From: a virus
Taxonomy: Duplodnaviria > Caudoviricetes
DNA length: 30,499 bases
Strand: one strand, 5' to 3'
Virus record (IMG/VR): IMGVR_UViG_3300046779_000920
Coordinates: 1-30,499 of that record
The position numbers and the translations under genes are program-made. Position 1 is the first letter of the stretch. Each line of letters begins with the position of its first letter. The notes beneath the pieces are model-generated. The model was not told where the DNA came from. It did not search any database and saw only the letters and a program-made list of their open reading frames with translations. Positions 7,687 through 17,146 of this stretch are shown here, piece by piece.

Positions 7687-7822
7687 GCCATGTTCGTTTT
7701 AATAAAGTTAATGCTTCGGTTAAAGTATTTGGATACGCATATTTTCCTTTTGCAATATCAATTGTTTCACTTTCTCCGTAAAAATCACTTATTTGTAATA
7801 GGTCTATAATTTCTTTAATCAT
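7676..7822 (-). CDS. Small conserved-type phage protein (48 aa, absent from ORF track)
   Basis: MIKEIIDLLQISDFYGESETIDIAKGKYAYPNTLTEALTLLKRTWHGR*; overlaps the tape measure start and has ATTGTTAAA 4 nt upstream. Confidence 0.8.
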   Translation of the reverse strand: MIKEIIDLLQISDFYGESETIDIAKGKYAYPNTLTEALTLLKRTWHGR

Positions 7823-7826
7823 ATCA

Positions 7827-7835
7827 TTTAACAAT
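7827..7835 (-). promoter_or_regulatory. ATTGTTAAA motif (candidate late promoter)
   Basis: Intergenic, just upstream of the ATG at 7822. Confidence 0.55.
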
Positions 7836-7846
7836 TTGAATGTAGT

Positions 7847-8359
7847 TTATAAGGTACGATTAATCGCTCCTGGTAATATTGGTCCTAATAATTGGATATC
7901 ACAAGTACCATCTTTTAGATTGTAATTGTTTATTGCACGTAAGTGGTAAGTATTTCCTCTAAACTCAATTATATCGTTTAATTCTAACTTAAAGTAATCA
8001 CCAAGAGGAATAATCCCCTTAGCATTAATCAAACGTGTTCTTGGATTATATAGAAGGGAAATGTACTTATCCCAATAATCAGTATAAAGTGAACCAGATG
8101 GAATTGAACCATAGACAGGATTTTCATTCTGAAAAAGAAGTGTTTTACTTGCTTCATTTGGGAAACTACCAGTTACTACATTATAATGGTCAAAGTATGG
8201 AAACGATGATTGAGAACGTGAACTATTACTCTCATCTATGAACCAATAAGTTTCACAATCTACTTTACCATTGTAAAAATATAAACGTGGTAATACATTC
8301 GCCGGGTCATAATTGATTGACGAAATAAATGTTGGAATGTATATAGGAATTTTAGCCAT
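7847..8359 (-). CDS. Tail tip protein, C-terminal-type module (probable start MAKIPIY)
   Basis: PRLYFYNG...LYTDYW..YI..LYNP.TR...LND.I......Y....I.NY motifs; ATG at 8359 lies 10 nt after the upstream stop. Confidence 0.7.
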   Translation of the reverse strand: MAKIPIYIPTFISSINYDPANVLPRLYFYNGKVDCETYWFIDESNSSRSQSSFPYFDHYNVVTGSFPNEASKTLLFQNENPVYGSIPSGSLYTDYWDKYISLLYNPRTRLINAKGIIPLGDYFKLELNDIIEFRGNTYHLRAINNYNLKDGTCDIQLLGPILPGAINRTL

Positions 8360-8369
8360 AAAAATTATT

Positions 8370-10379
8370 TTAACATAATGTTGGAGTACCAACTACACCA
8401 GTTGATGAAACAAATGTACTTTGATATTGTGAACCAATTGCAGGTACAAATTTCCAAATTGAATATCCACCATTAAATGGATATGTTAATCCTGAATCAG
8501 TATATACAACATCACCTGATGTTAATGGAGATGCTGAAGAATATAATGTGTTAGGGAAATATGATGTATTATTACATGCATCTGAACTATTTCCAAATCC
8601 TGCGTTACCAAAGTAGTATGCATAAGTTGTACCTGATGGAGGTGTAATACCTGCAGCAGAACCTGATAAACCAGTTCCTGGTAAATAAGTTAATGGACTT
8701 ACTGCAAAAGTTGTTTCAACTTTAAACTCACCTTGTGAAAAGTAGTTTTCAGTATCAGTATAATATGTTTTACCGAATTCACGTGTATTCTCCTTTTGAA
8801 ATTGTTGTGCAATATAATCGTTACCTAACGTATCACCAAATTGTAATTTATTTACAGCAAGGTTGTTTGCCGGAACTACTTCTATAATTTCATCTAAGTT
8901 GATGTATTTATCAAAACTTTTAATTTCACCATTATCATACCAAGTGTTAAATGGTTCAATAATAAAATGATTTTGTTTTGTATTATCAGGATAAATTACT
9001 AAGTTAAATTTCTTTTGTAATCCTTTAATAAAATCTACTAATTTAATACCACTCTCACCATATGGCATATTGGATTGTATATCCATTATTCTACCATCTG
9101 CTGCTTGTAATAATTTTTTAATTTGAATATAAGATTTAGCTTGTCCACCTGGGTCTAATGTAAATTGGAAATTATTATAAGGTGCACTAAATTGGTCTAC
9201 CCAATCAATACCAATATTGTATGTGCCTGGATTAATCTTAGAAGTATTAAATTCAGTTGTCAAAGTGTATGTTCTACTTTGTGCATTAGCACCTTCAGCG
9301 AACATTGCATAAGTATTTTTAGTGAAAAATGAATTAATATTCACAAGAGCAGTAGTAGATACAGCGGTAGTACTACCAGTAGGATATACGTTTAATGCAA
9401 TTGAAGGACCACCTAATGAGCCTGAAAGATTTAATTCTAAATTTAAAATTCCTCTTAATGCAGTTGCTTTTGATATAGTATATGTACCATCTGCTCCAAC
9501 TACTGATGATGGGTCATTTAATTTATTATACCACGGAAGATATGTTGCTGTACTTTTTGGTACAACTAAATCAGTCATTCCACTACCACTAATTGCACCC
9601 CACTTTGCAACACCATAAGTTTCTAAGTTTACACCTGAAAACTCTGGGTATTTTAAAGAGTTATTACAAATCATATAAACCTCATCTAACCATGTTTCAT
9701 TAAAGAAGTTAGATTCGTATGTATATCCAGTAAATTCAAAAATTGCATCTAATACTTTCTTAACTCTAATTGCTGGTTTATAATCTTGTACTGTTATACC
9801 ACCCTCATTATCATCTAAACCAAAGTAAGCATCACCACCGGTAAATTTCCAAGCAGTTCCATATTCAGCAAAAGGATAAACAATATCACCATCAAATAAA
9901 TTACCATCCCAACTATCTACAATATTTTGATAAGATGCTGTATGATTATAAATTGATAAATTACTTAAATCAGTTAAAAACAATTTATTGATATCTCTAC
10001 TGAATGATGATAGTGTACCATATAAAGAAACTTCATATGATTCAATGAATTTATTTGCTCTTACATTAACTTTGTTAAGTTGTAGATATCCTTGTGAGAT
10101 ATAGAACCCATCAAAATCAAAATAAGCCGGCACCTTTACGTTCGTAGCGAAGAGGTAAGGGTTTTCTACCGAAATATCATAAACGTGTTTAAAAAACGAA
10201 TTATTATTCTTTGTACCTGGTATGGTTATTTGACGTGTAAAATCTGATGGGAGAATACCAATATCAAATAAACCTGTTACGTTATTTGATACAGTTATCG
10301 TTTCATCTTGAAATAAATCTAATTGAGAACCACTCGCAATTAGTTTAAAATTAAAACCTTTACTACTATTAACTCCCAT
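8370..10379 (-). CDS. Large tail tip/hub protein with appended C-terminal domain
   Basis: LDLFQDETI..., DFTRQITIPGTKNNN.FFKH.Y, DFIKGLQKKFNL..., IEP...WY motifs; lies among tail genes. Confidence 0.75.
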   Translation of the reverse strand: MGVNSSKGFNFKLIASGSQLDLFQDETITVSNNVTGLFDIGILPSDFTRQITIPGTKNNNSFFKHVYDISVENPYLFATNVKVPAYFDFDGFYISQGYLQLNKVNVRANKFIESYEVSLYGTLSSFSRDINKLFLTDLSNLSIYNHTASYQNIVDSWDGNLFDGDIVYPFAEYGTAWKFTGGDAYFGLDDNEGGITVQDYKPAIRVKKVLDAIFEFTGYTYESNFFNETWLDEVYMICNNSLKYPEFSGVNLETYGVAKWGAISGSGMTDLVVPKSTATYLPWYNKLNDPSSVVGADGTYTISKATALRGILNLELNLSGSLGGPSIALNVYPTGSTTAVSTTALVNINSFFTKNTYAMFAEGANAQSRTYTLTTEFNTSKINPGTYNIGIDWVDQFSAPYNNFQFTLDPGGQAKSYIQIKKLLQAADGRIMDIQSNMPYGESGIKLVDFIKGLQKKFNLVIYPDNTKQNHFIIEPFNTWYDNGEIKSFDKYINLDEIIEVVPANNLAVNKLQFGDTLGNDYIAQQFQKENTREFGKTYYTDTENYFSQGEFKVETTFAVSPLTYLPGTGLSGSAAGITPPSGTTYAYYFGNAGFGNSSDACNNTSYFPNTLYSSASPLTSGDVVYTDSGLTYPFNGGYSIWKFVPAIGSQYQSTFVSSTGVVGTPTLC

Positions 10380-10380
10380 A

Positions 10381-11610
10381 TTATAATATTAATTTATATC
10401 CTTGACCATAATCAAAATCAAATCCGTATTGAATTACTTTATCAACTACACCAGTTTTAAATTGAATAGTTTCAGTTTTTATTGTGATAGGACAGAAACC
10501 TGTGTATTGTGGTACATAGTTTTCAGGGTCATTTATCCAATAAATTTCATCTGATACTAATAATTGTTTAAACAATTCGTTGTAATCTTCACTAACCCAA
10601 TCAGTATTTACTGAAATAGATTGTTTTGTATCAACTAAATAATTTACAATTGAACTATCGTATGGTTTATAAGTTAAAGTGTTGTTATTCCATGTACCAA
10701 TCTGTGGTTGATATTGTGAACGATTCACTTGGAATGCTTGTCTATTCACCATATTAAAATCAAACCAATCAAATTGACCAAAACGATTCTTCCATTTGAT
10801 TCTTACATTTGGATATTTTTGGTTACAAACTACGTTGAAACGAATACCACTACTTAATGCAGCATACGATGAAGGACCGGTTTGAACTGCAGGTATTATA
10901 TTATACCAAGTAAATGGTAATGAATCATATAAGAATGATTCAGGACTATTATTAAATATTAGAATTTGTTCATTAGATGAGCCAGATGGTTCTGGTGCTA
11001 CAGGTGTAATGAATGTTGTTCCATTACTTGTTTGTGTGTACATATGTGTACATTGTGTTGCACCAACATTACCAATAAAAACAGCATTAGACATATAACT
11101 ATCTGATAAAATAGATTGAGTTACAGGTCCATCTGTCATCAATGGCCATAAAGTATATCCAAAATTTGTAATTGAAGATGATACTATATTTGCATTAACT
11201 GCTTCTGGAAATAATTGATATCCATCTATTGCATAATAAGGTTGTCTACCTGCAGGTGCGATATAATCTGAACCTGTCACAAATACACTACCACTTTGAT
11301 ATTGCCAATACAATCTTGCCTTAAACCATTTAGCGTTTGTAACGCCTGGTTCTTCTGCAAGTGTATTTAATTCGGAATTCATAATTCTACTAACATCGAA
11401 GATACCACTATCTGAACTATTAGGGTATTTTACAAGAGTATAATTAGGTATTGAACCTGATGCAGATTGTGAACCAGTCCAATAGTATAAATCCAACATA
11501 TATTGGAATGAACTACTCGTTATTACATCACCAGTTTCTTTAAATGAAAATATAATTGGTGATTGTGATAATGATGCTGATGTTGGAGTTTGAGATATTG
11601 TAAGTGACAT
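10381..11610 (-). CDS. Tail structural protein (distal-tail-like)
   Basis: IFDVSRI; C..KY....I.WKNRFG..D.F.F; ISVNTDWV.E.YNE..KQLL.S motifs; gene position. Confidence 0.7.
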   Translation of the reverse strand: MSLTISQTPTSASLSQSPIIFSFKETGDVITSSSFQYMLDLYYWTGSQSASGSIPNYTLVKYPNSSDSGIFDVSRIMNSELNTLAEEPGVTNAKWFKARLYWQYQSGSVFVTGSDYIAPAGRQPYYAIDGYQLFPEAVNANIVSSSITNFGYTLWPLMTDGPVTQSILSDSYMSNAVFIGNVGATQCTHMYTQTSNGTTFITPVAPEPSGSSNEQILIFNNSPESFLYDSLPFTWYNIIPAVQTGPSSYAALSSGIRFNVVCNQKYPNVRIKWKNRFGQFDWFDFNMVNRQAFQVNRSQYQPQIGTWNNNTLTYKPYDSSIVNYLVDTKQSISVNTDWVSEDYNELFKQLLVSDEIYWINDPENYVPQYTGFCPITIKTETIQFKTGVVDKVIQYGFDFDYGQGYKLIL

Positions 11611-11623
11611 AAATCTTAATTAA

Positions 11624-11639
11624 TTTAACATTTAACCAA
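11624..11639 (-). promoter_or_regulatory. Tandem TTGGTTAAA/TGTTAAA motif (candidate late promoter)
   Basis: Intergenic, upstream of the ATG at 11610. Confidence 0.45.
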
Positions 11640-11663
11640 CAGAAATCGTTTTGTATTGAAGGG

Positions 11664-12050
11664 TTACTTAACTACGAAACCCATTTTCTTCATATCTTTG
11701 GAGAATTTAGCTTGCCAATCAACTAAAAATTCATCAACTTTACCATTCATAAACTCATCTACTGCCACTTTCATTTCGGGTGAATTAGCAGCATTCTCAG
11801 CAAATGGTCTTGCTTCCATCTTAGATGTTCCTTCTTCTACAAACTTACCATACTCTGCTCCATCTGGTGCATAGTTTAGTGTGATTACATACTTCCCTTT
11901 TGAGGGTTCTGAAATCATTGTTTCTGCTCTATTTCGTTGAGTTACTTGTGTGTAAAGATTACCAGTTTTATATGCACGAGTTTTACCCGTAACCAAATTA
12001 GTTTGAGCTAAGGTTTTATATAATCCTGCTAAATCTTTTAGTGTTTTCAT
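11664..12050 (-). CDS. HK97 gp10-like tail completion/neck protein
   Basis: KTGNL and EYGKFVEEGTSKMEARPF signature. Confidence 0.8.
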   Translation of the reverse strand: MKTLKDLAGLYKTLAQTNLVTGKTRAYKTGNLYTQVTQRNRAETMISEPSKGKYVITLNYAPDGAEYGKFVEEGTSKMEARPFAENAANSPEMKVAVDEFMNGKVDEFLVDWQAKFSKDMKKMGFVVK

Positions 12051-13741
12051 TATCCTGGTGAATTAGAAGTTGAACCTGAAATTGGGTAAACAATAGATAA
12101 GAATCCAGCACTACCACTAACACCATCAAATGGGTCAGCACCACTACCATCAAATGGTTGATTATCATTTAATTTTCTACCTTGTGTGAAAGCACTATTT
12201 CCAATACTTCCACCACCACCTTTTCCAATATATGGATTAGATGTGAATAAACTTGCAGTTAAATAAGACCAAATTCCAGTCAATTGGTAACCCGGCCCAC
12301 CTGCAGCAGTATCAAAACTACCAGTTGTACTACCACCTACACCTGTGGCTCCACCACCACCTCCACCACCGCTAATTCCTGCACCTTGATATGCATTACC
12401 ACCGGCGTATCCTTGTCCAGCAATACCTGCAGCTCCAACACCACCTGCTGATGAATCATCTCCACCACCACCAGAACCACCTACTTGTGAACCCGTTGTT
12501 GAAGTTGGACTACCTTGAGTAGTAGCTCCAGCACCACCACCAATTGTTTCTACAAATACAAAATTTGTATCAGCAGCATCTATTATAGTATTATTACCAT
12601 TTCTTTCTGCGGGACCACCATCACCAATAGTAATTAAATTATTTAAACCAGCAAGTGATACGTTATTACTAATAGTTAAACCACCAGCTCCGGCACCACC
12701 ACCCCATAAAGAAGCAACACTACCTGATTGTGTAGTTGATGAACCTGCTCCAGCTGCAATTTGTATTACCTTCGCTTCGTTTGTAAATCCTCTTCTTACC
12801 TTAAATAATTGAGTACGTCCTGCAGGTGCAGAAAAATTATGATATTTGTATGTGATACTTCCACTAACAAAAGTTCCAGTTGTTCCACCTTCTGCAAAGA
12901 AAGTTTCATCTGGTATAGTTACACCACTACCACTATATAAACATCCAGTTTGTGGAATAAATAAGAATGCAGCTCCTGGTTGACCTGAATTATATTGGTT
13001 ACCTTCACCACTAGCACCAGAACCTAATGCATCAGATGCAGGAGCAAAACCTTCAAATCCAGCATAAGAATCACCTGCTCCACCTGCTGCAACTACTGAA
13101 TATCCAACAATTGAATCAAATGGTGCATATATTATACTACCACTACCACCATTTCCACCATATCCACTACCACCACTTTGTGTAGCATCAGTTCCATTTC
13201 CAGCAGAACCTGCACCACCTCCACCTGCTCCTTGTGAACCACCTAAACCAGTTCCACCACTATATGAAACGTTATCACCACCATTAAAGGTATCATTTGT
13301 TTGACCACCTAAAGCTTTTTCAACATACCATTCAGCTGAATTTGAAGAATCAGTTCTAAATACAGCATCACCACCACTACCAGTAGTTAAATTATAAGAA
13401 CAACTCATAAAATATCTACCTGGTTGTAAACTAACTTCTTTTTGTATTACTTGTCCTGCTCCTGCACCACCTGTATTACTATCTTCTGATGGATTTGATG
13501 GATTTATTTCGTATGGGATTACACTTCCACCTCCACCAATTAAAATTAATTTAGCTTGTGAAGTTAAACCTGATGCTATATCAAAATATACTTGACTTCC
13601 ATCATCTACTCTTATATAAAAATAAGATTCACTACCACTTGCAAGTTGTCCAACTGATACACCTAATGGTAAAAGACTACCTGATATATCGACACTTACA
13701 CAACCTCCTTGTGAACCAAAAAATATAGTTGGTATATACAT
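12050..13741 (-). CDS. Glycine-rich fibre tip protein (two tandem Gly-rich domains)
   Basis: Two units of the form LIGGGG...GGAGAG...GGGGAG...GG.G...; follows a fibre gene. Confidence 0.75.
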   Translation of the reverse strand: MYIPTIFFGSQGGCVSVDISGSLLPLGVSVGQLASGSESYFYIRVDDGSQVYFDIASGLTSQAKLILIGGGGSVIPYEINPSNPSEDSNTGGAGAGQVIQKEVSLQPGRYFMSCSYNLTTGSGGDAVFRTDSSNSAEWYVEKALGGQTNDTFNGGDNVSYSGGTGLGGSQGAGGGGAGSAGNGTDATQSGGSGYGGNGGSGSIIYAPFDSIVGYSVVAAGGAGDSYAGFEGFAPASDALGSGASGEGNQYNSGQPGAAFLFIPQTGCLYSGSGVTIPDETFFAEGGTTGTFVSGSITYKYHNFSAPAGRTQLFKVRRGFTNEAKVIQIAAGAGSSTTQSGSVASLWGGGAGAGGLTISNNVSLAGLNNLITIGDGGPAERNGNNTIIDAADTNFVFVETIGGGAGATTQGSPTSTTGSQVGGSGGGGDDSSAGGVGAAGIAGQGYAGGNAYQGAGISGGGGGGGATGVGGSTTGSFDTAAGGPGYQLTGIWSYLTASLFTSNPYIGKGGGGSIGNSAFTQGRKLNDNQPFDGSGADPFDGVSGSAGFLSIVYPISGSTSNSPG

Positions 13742-13744
13742 AAA

Positions 13745-15724
13745 TTATACAAAGTTTTTAGCTGATACACCATATAAACTACCTGTATCAAAACTTACAA
13801 AAGTTAAAATATCTGTTTTATCATTACCGGTACTCATAGTATATCCAAATCCATATGGGAATTTAATACTACCAGTATCAATTGTCATTGTGGCATTAGT
13901 ATTTGTTTTAGATATTCTTAAAGTAATAGTTTCACCTGGTTGGATATTAGTTGCTTGTAATCTGAAATTATCACCACTACTAGCATTGAAATTAAAGAAA
14001 TTACCTAATGAACAATCTATACTTGCTGTTAATGATGTTGCTGTAATAGTAGTTACTTGTCCTTGAACACTTCCACTATTAATCATAGTACCGATATGGG
14101 TTGTAGAACCTGATACTATCAAACTTCCACTAATTGTTTCAGTACCAATAAAGTTATTTGAACCAGTAGTTGCATAACTTCCAGTTAAATTACCTAATGT
14201 ACTCCATTTTGTATCGTTACTTGCAGTATAACTACCGATTGTATTGAACTTAGTATCAACTGATGCAGTATATCCACCTAATGTGTTCCATTTTGTATCA
14301 TTAGAACCTGTATAAGTTCCAATTGTAGTAAATTTAGTATCTACACTACCTGTATAAGTTGCTAATGTAGAATCTTTTACTTCTTGTGAAGATGTAAAGG
14401 CCATTAAAGAAGCAGTTACACTTGCAAGAGTAGTAAATTTATCATCTACTGATTGTGTATAAGAATTAAATTTCGTATCAAACGATTGTGTATAACTTTC
14501 AAATGATGCAGAATCCAATTTCTTAGCGATTGATACTTCTAATGCACCTGTTGCTGCAGCTAATTCTGCTTGTGTTACGAAATCTAAACTAACTGATGAA
14601 CTCCATGCTTCAATTTGGTCTAATCTATAATCAACTGATGAACTAAATGGAATAAATTCAACACCTGCTACAAACAAAGTATTAGGGATTGTGACAGTTC
14701 CATTTAAAGTTTGAGTATCAGATACATTATCACCGAGAACATTCGACCCTGAAGAGAATATCACACTGCTTGATTCAATGATAGTATGTATCTCATACGC
14801 ATTGATTGAACCAACTACATTTATATTACCATTAAAGTTTACATCAGTTCCACTAGCAGTAAATGCAGTTCTTAAAGATGCTGTATAATTTTCAATATTT
14901 GAAATTCTTGTATCATTACTTTGTGTGTATTGATTCATCGATGCAGTATAAACACCAACCGCATTGAATTTATTATCTACACTACCTGTGTAAGTTGCAA
15001 GAGTTATATCTTTTGCTTCTTGTGAAGCAGTAAAGAACTCAATAGAATCTAATCTTTGGTCTACTGATGTACTAAATGCACCTTCTAAATAATCCAATCT
15101 ACTATCTACTGATGTAGAGAACGGACCTTCTAAGTAATCTAAACGAGTATCTACTGATTGAGAATATAATGCTACATTACCAATTCCATTTATTGTTGAA
15201 GATGAGATTTCGTTTGTTACGAATAAATTACCAGTATTAGTTTGTGTACCAGTTACACCTAAACTTCCACTAATAGTAGTTTGACCTACAATAGTTTGAG
15301 TATCAGATGTAGAATCACCAATTACGTTAGAACCAGAAGAGAAAATTACTGATGAACTTTCAATTAAGGTAATAACCTCATACGCGTGAATTGTTCCACT
15401 TACAAAAAGGTTTTCACTAATCGTTACACTGCCTGTAATATCTACATTTCCTCTTAATTCTACATCATCGTGTACAATTAAATTACCAGAAACGATTAAG
15501 TCATTATCTACATAGATGTCATTTGTAGTGATTGTAGACGATGATACATCATTCACAAGATATAGGTTACCATCTGAATCAATTGATGCAGACATCCAAA
15601 CTCCAACACCATCTTGTATCTGAACATAACCTTGTCCAATTGAAGATGTGATAGATTGGTTTGTACCTAAGTGTAATAACCCTTGGTAACTTTGTGAAAT
15701 GTATAAAGTTGATAAAGTACTCAT
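13745..15724 (-). CDS. Tail fibre protein (S/T-rich, repeats, paralog of 22392-25127)
   Basis: IESSSVIFSSGSN and YTGSVDTKF repeats; C-terminal IDCSLGNFF...DILTF...KNFV domain. Confidence 0.75.
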   Translation of the reverse strand: MSTLSTLYISQSYQGLLHLGTNQSITSSIGQGYVQIQDGVGVWMSASIDSDGNLYLVNDVSSSTITTNDIYVDNDLIVSGNLIVHDDVELRGNVDITGSVTISENLFVSGTIHAYEVITLIESSSVIFSSGSNVIGDSTSDTQTIVGQTTISGSLGVTGTQTNTGNLFVTNEISSSTINGIGNVALYSQSVDTRLDYLEGPFSTSVDSRLDYLEGAFSTSVDQRLDSIEFFTASQEAKDITLATYTGSVDNKFNAVGVYTASMNQYTQSNDTRISNIENYTASLRTAFTASGTDVNFNGNINVVGSINAYEIHTIIESSSVIFSSGSNVLGDNVSDTQTLNGTVTIPNTLFVAGVEFIPFSSSVDYRLDQIEAWSSSVSLDFVTQAELAAATGALEVSIAKKLDSASFESYTQSFDTKFNSYTQSVDDKFTTLASVTASLMAFTSSQEVKDSTLATYTGSVDTKFTTIGTYTGSNDTKWNTLGGYTASVDTKFNTIGSYTASNDTKWSTLGNLTGSYATTGSNNFIGTETISGSLIVSGSTTHIGTMINSGSVQGQVTTITATSLTASIDCSLGNFFNFNASSGDNFRLQATNIQPGETITLRISKTNTNATMTIDTGSIKFPYGFGYTMSTGNDKTDILTFVSFDTGSLYGVSAKNFV

Positions 15725-15744
15725 CTTATATATTTTTTTTTATT

Positions 15745-16620
15745 TTATGTGTATTGCCACTTTCTTAATGCTACATCAACTCCTGTACCCCACTTCTCTG
15801 GTGTTGTACCCCACACTTTTGGTGATGTCCATAATTCACATAATGCACAATTTCCAAAATCGTAGTAAGGTATTGATAGAATCGGTAAATTGTAGAAATC
15901 GTAATTATCTCTACCAGTTATCTCTTCTAATATTGTAAAACATTTTATATTTTCATAATTCTGCAAGTAACTGATTGGTTGAGAGTTCGGATAAATGTTT
16001 GTAGCAAATACTTGTCCAATACTTCCAGTTGTTGCAGTTACTGCATTGTATATATCACCCGTTTCGCAATCTTCTATTCTATAATAACTTCCAGATGGAT
16101 TAATTAAAAAAAAAAGACAACGATTTTTGTCGTTGTGAACCGTCAGGTCGAATGTTGCGGACCAACCTGCCAGTCCATTATCAAACTTATCTTTAAAGGG
16201 TTCACAACTTATCTCTCCGTTGATTTCAAACCCCTCTACACTCCTTTGTGTATATGAGGTTAAATCGTTCAGGACACTCAAAGTATTTGCATGTATATCA
16301 ACCACATCATCCACTCCATAGTACGGAATTTCTTGACTATTTGTTTCACCCTCTGATTCATCATTTTTTAATTTGGTTTTATCAGCAACAATCAATTGAA
16401 TTTGATATTCAGTTATGTTACTACCAAAGTTAGCACCTTGCACTAAGATATTACCAACGGGATACATTGGAAATTCTCTATCATCTATACTGAAAACATC
16501 ACCTTGTGTTACGTGTCCAATAGATGGGTGGTTCGTCATTATCGTTTTAAAATAATTTAGAACATTGTAATACAAAGAGAAGTTTGTAGCGTTATTATGT
16601 ACTATTTGTTGATTACTCAT
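15745..16620 (-). CDS. Tail terminator/completion-like protein with Cys-containing C-terminal extension
   Basis: HPSI..VTQGD, YPVGNI and PFKDKFDNGLAGW motifs; follows the adaptor gene. Confidence 0.6.
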   Translation of the reverse strand: MSNQQIVHNNATNFSLYYNVLNYFKTIMTNHPSIGHVTQGDVFSIDDREFPMYPVGNILVQGANFGSNITEYQIQLIVADKTKLKNDESEGETNSQEIPYYGVDDVVDIHANTLSVLNDLTSYTQRSVEGFEINGEISCEPFKDKFDNGLAGWSATFDLTVHNDKNRCLFFLINPSGSYYRIEDCETGDIYNAVTATTGSIGQVFATNIYPNSQPISYLQNYENIKCFTILEEITGRDNYDFYNLPILSIPYYDFGNCALCELWTSPKVWGTTPEKWGTGVDVALRKWQYT

Positions 16621-16626
16621 AATTTT

Positions 16627-17145
16627 TTATAGTTGGATACCACCAAAATATTGATTTGACATATCAGGAAAAATTTGTGTTGCATTTCCTACTGACTCAT
16701 AGTATTGAGGTATTTGTACGGAGTATGCAATCAAATAATCTTGTAATCTTGTTGCGTAATAATCTGCATTGTTCAATGCTTTACTTAAAAGATAATCAAT
16801 TTCACCCTTTGTAGGAGCAACTGATTGGTCTGATAAGTGTTTTACTGCACCAGCAGATTTAAATTGAACTGAACTGAATGGTATATACTCTACACAAGCA
16901 TACCACAAAAGAACATACTTAATATGTTGGTTCATCAGGTCTTGATAATATTCACTTAAACTACCAAAAGTTCCTGCTTCAATCTGTGCTTGTAAGTAAT
17001 CAAATAGGACAGTTCCTAAAAGATTCTTCAAATACTTGTCTTGAGCCGTACGAACGAAGGGTAATAGTGCATCAGCATCTATCGCACCTTGTAGTGGTGA
17101 GTTCTTAATGATATCGTTTCTTGTAATAAATAATGCGTAGCTCAT
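16627..17145 (-). CDS. Head-tail adaptor/connector (probable start MSYALF)
   Basis: Immediately after the portal; IDAD.LLPFV..AQD......LGT.L motif; helical. Confidence 0.65.
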   Translation of the reverse strand: MSYALFITRNDIIKNSPLQGAIDADALLPFVRTAQDKYLKNLLGTVLFDYLQAQIEAGTFGSLSEYYQDLMNQHIKYVLLWYACVEYIPFSSVQFKSAGAVKHLSDQSVAPTKGEIDYLLSKALNNADYYATRLQDYLIAYSVQIPQYYESVGNATQIFPDMSNQYFGGIQL

Positions 17146-17146
17146 A

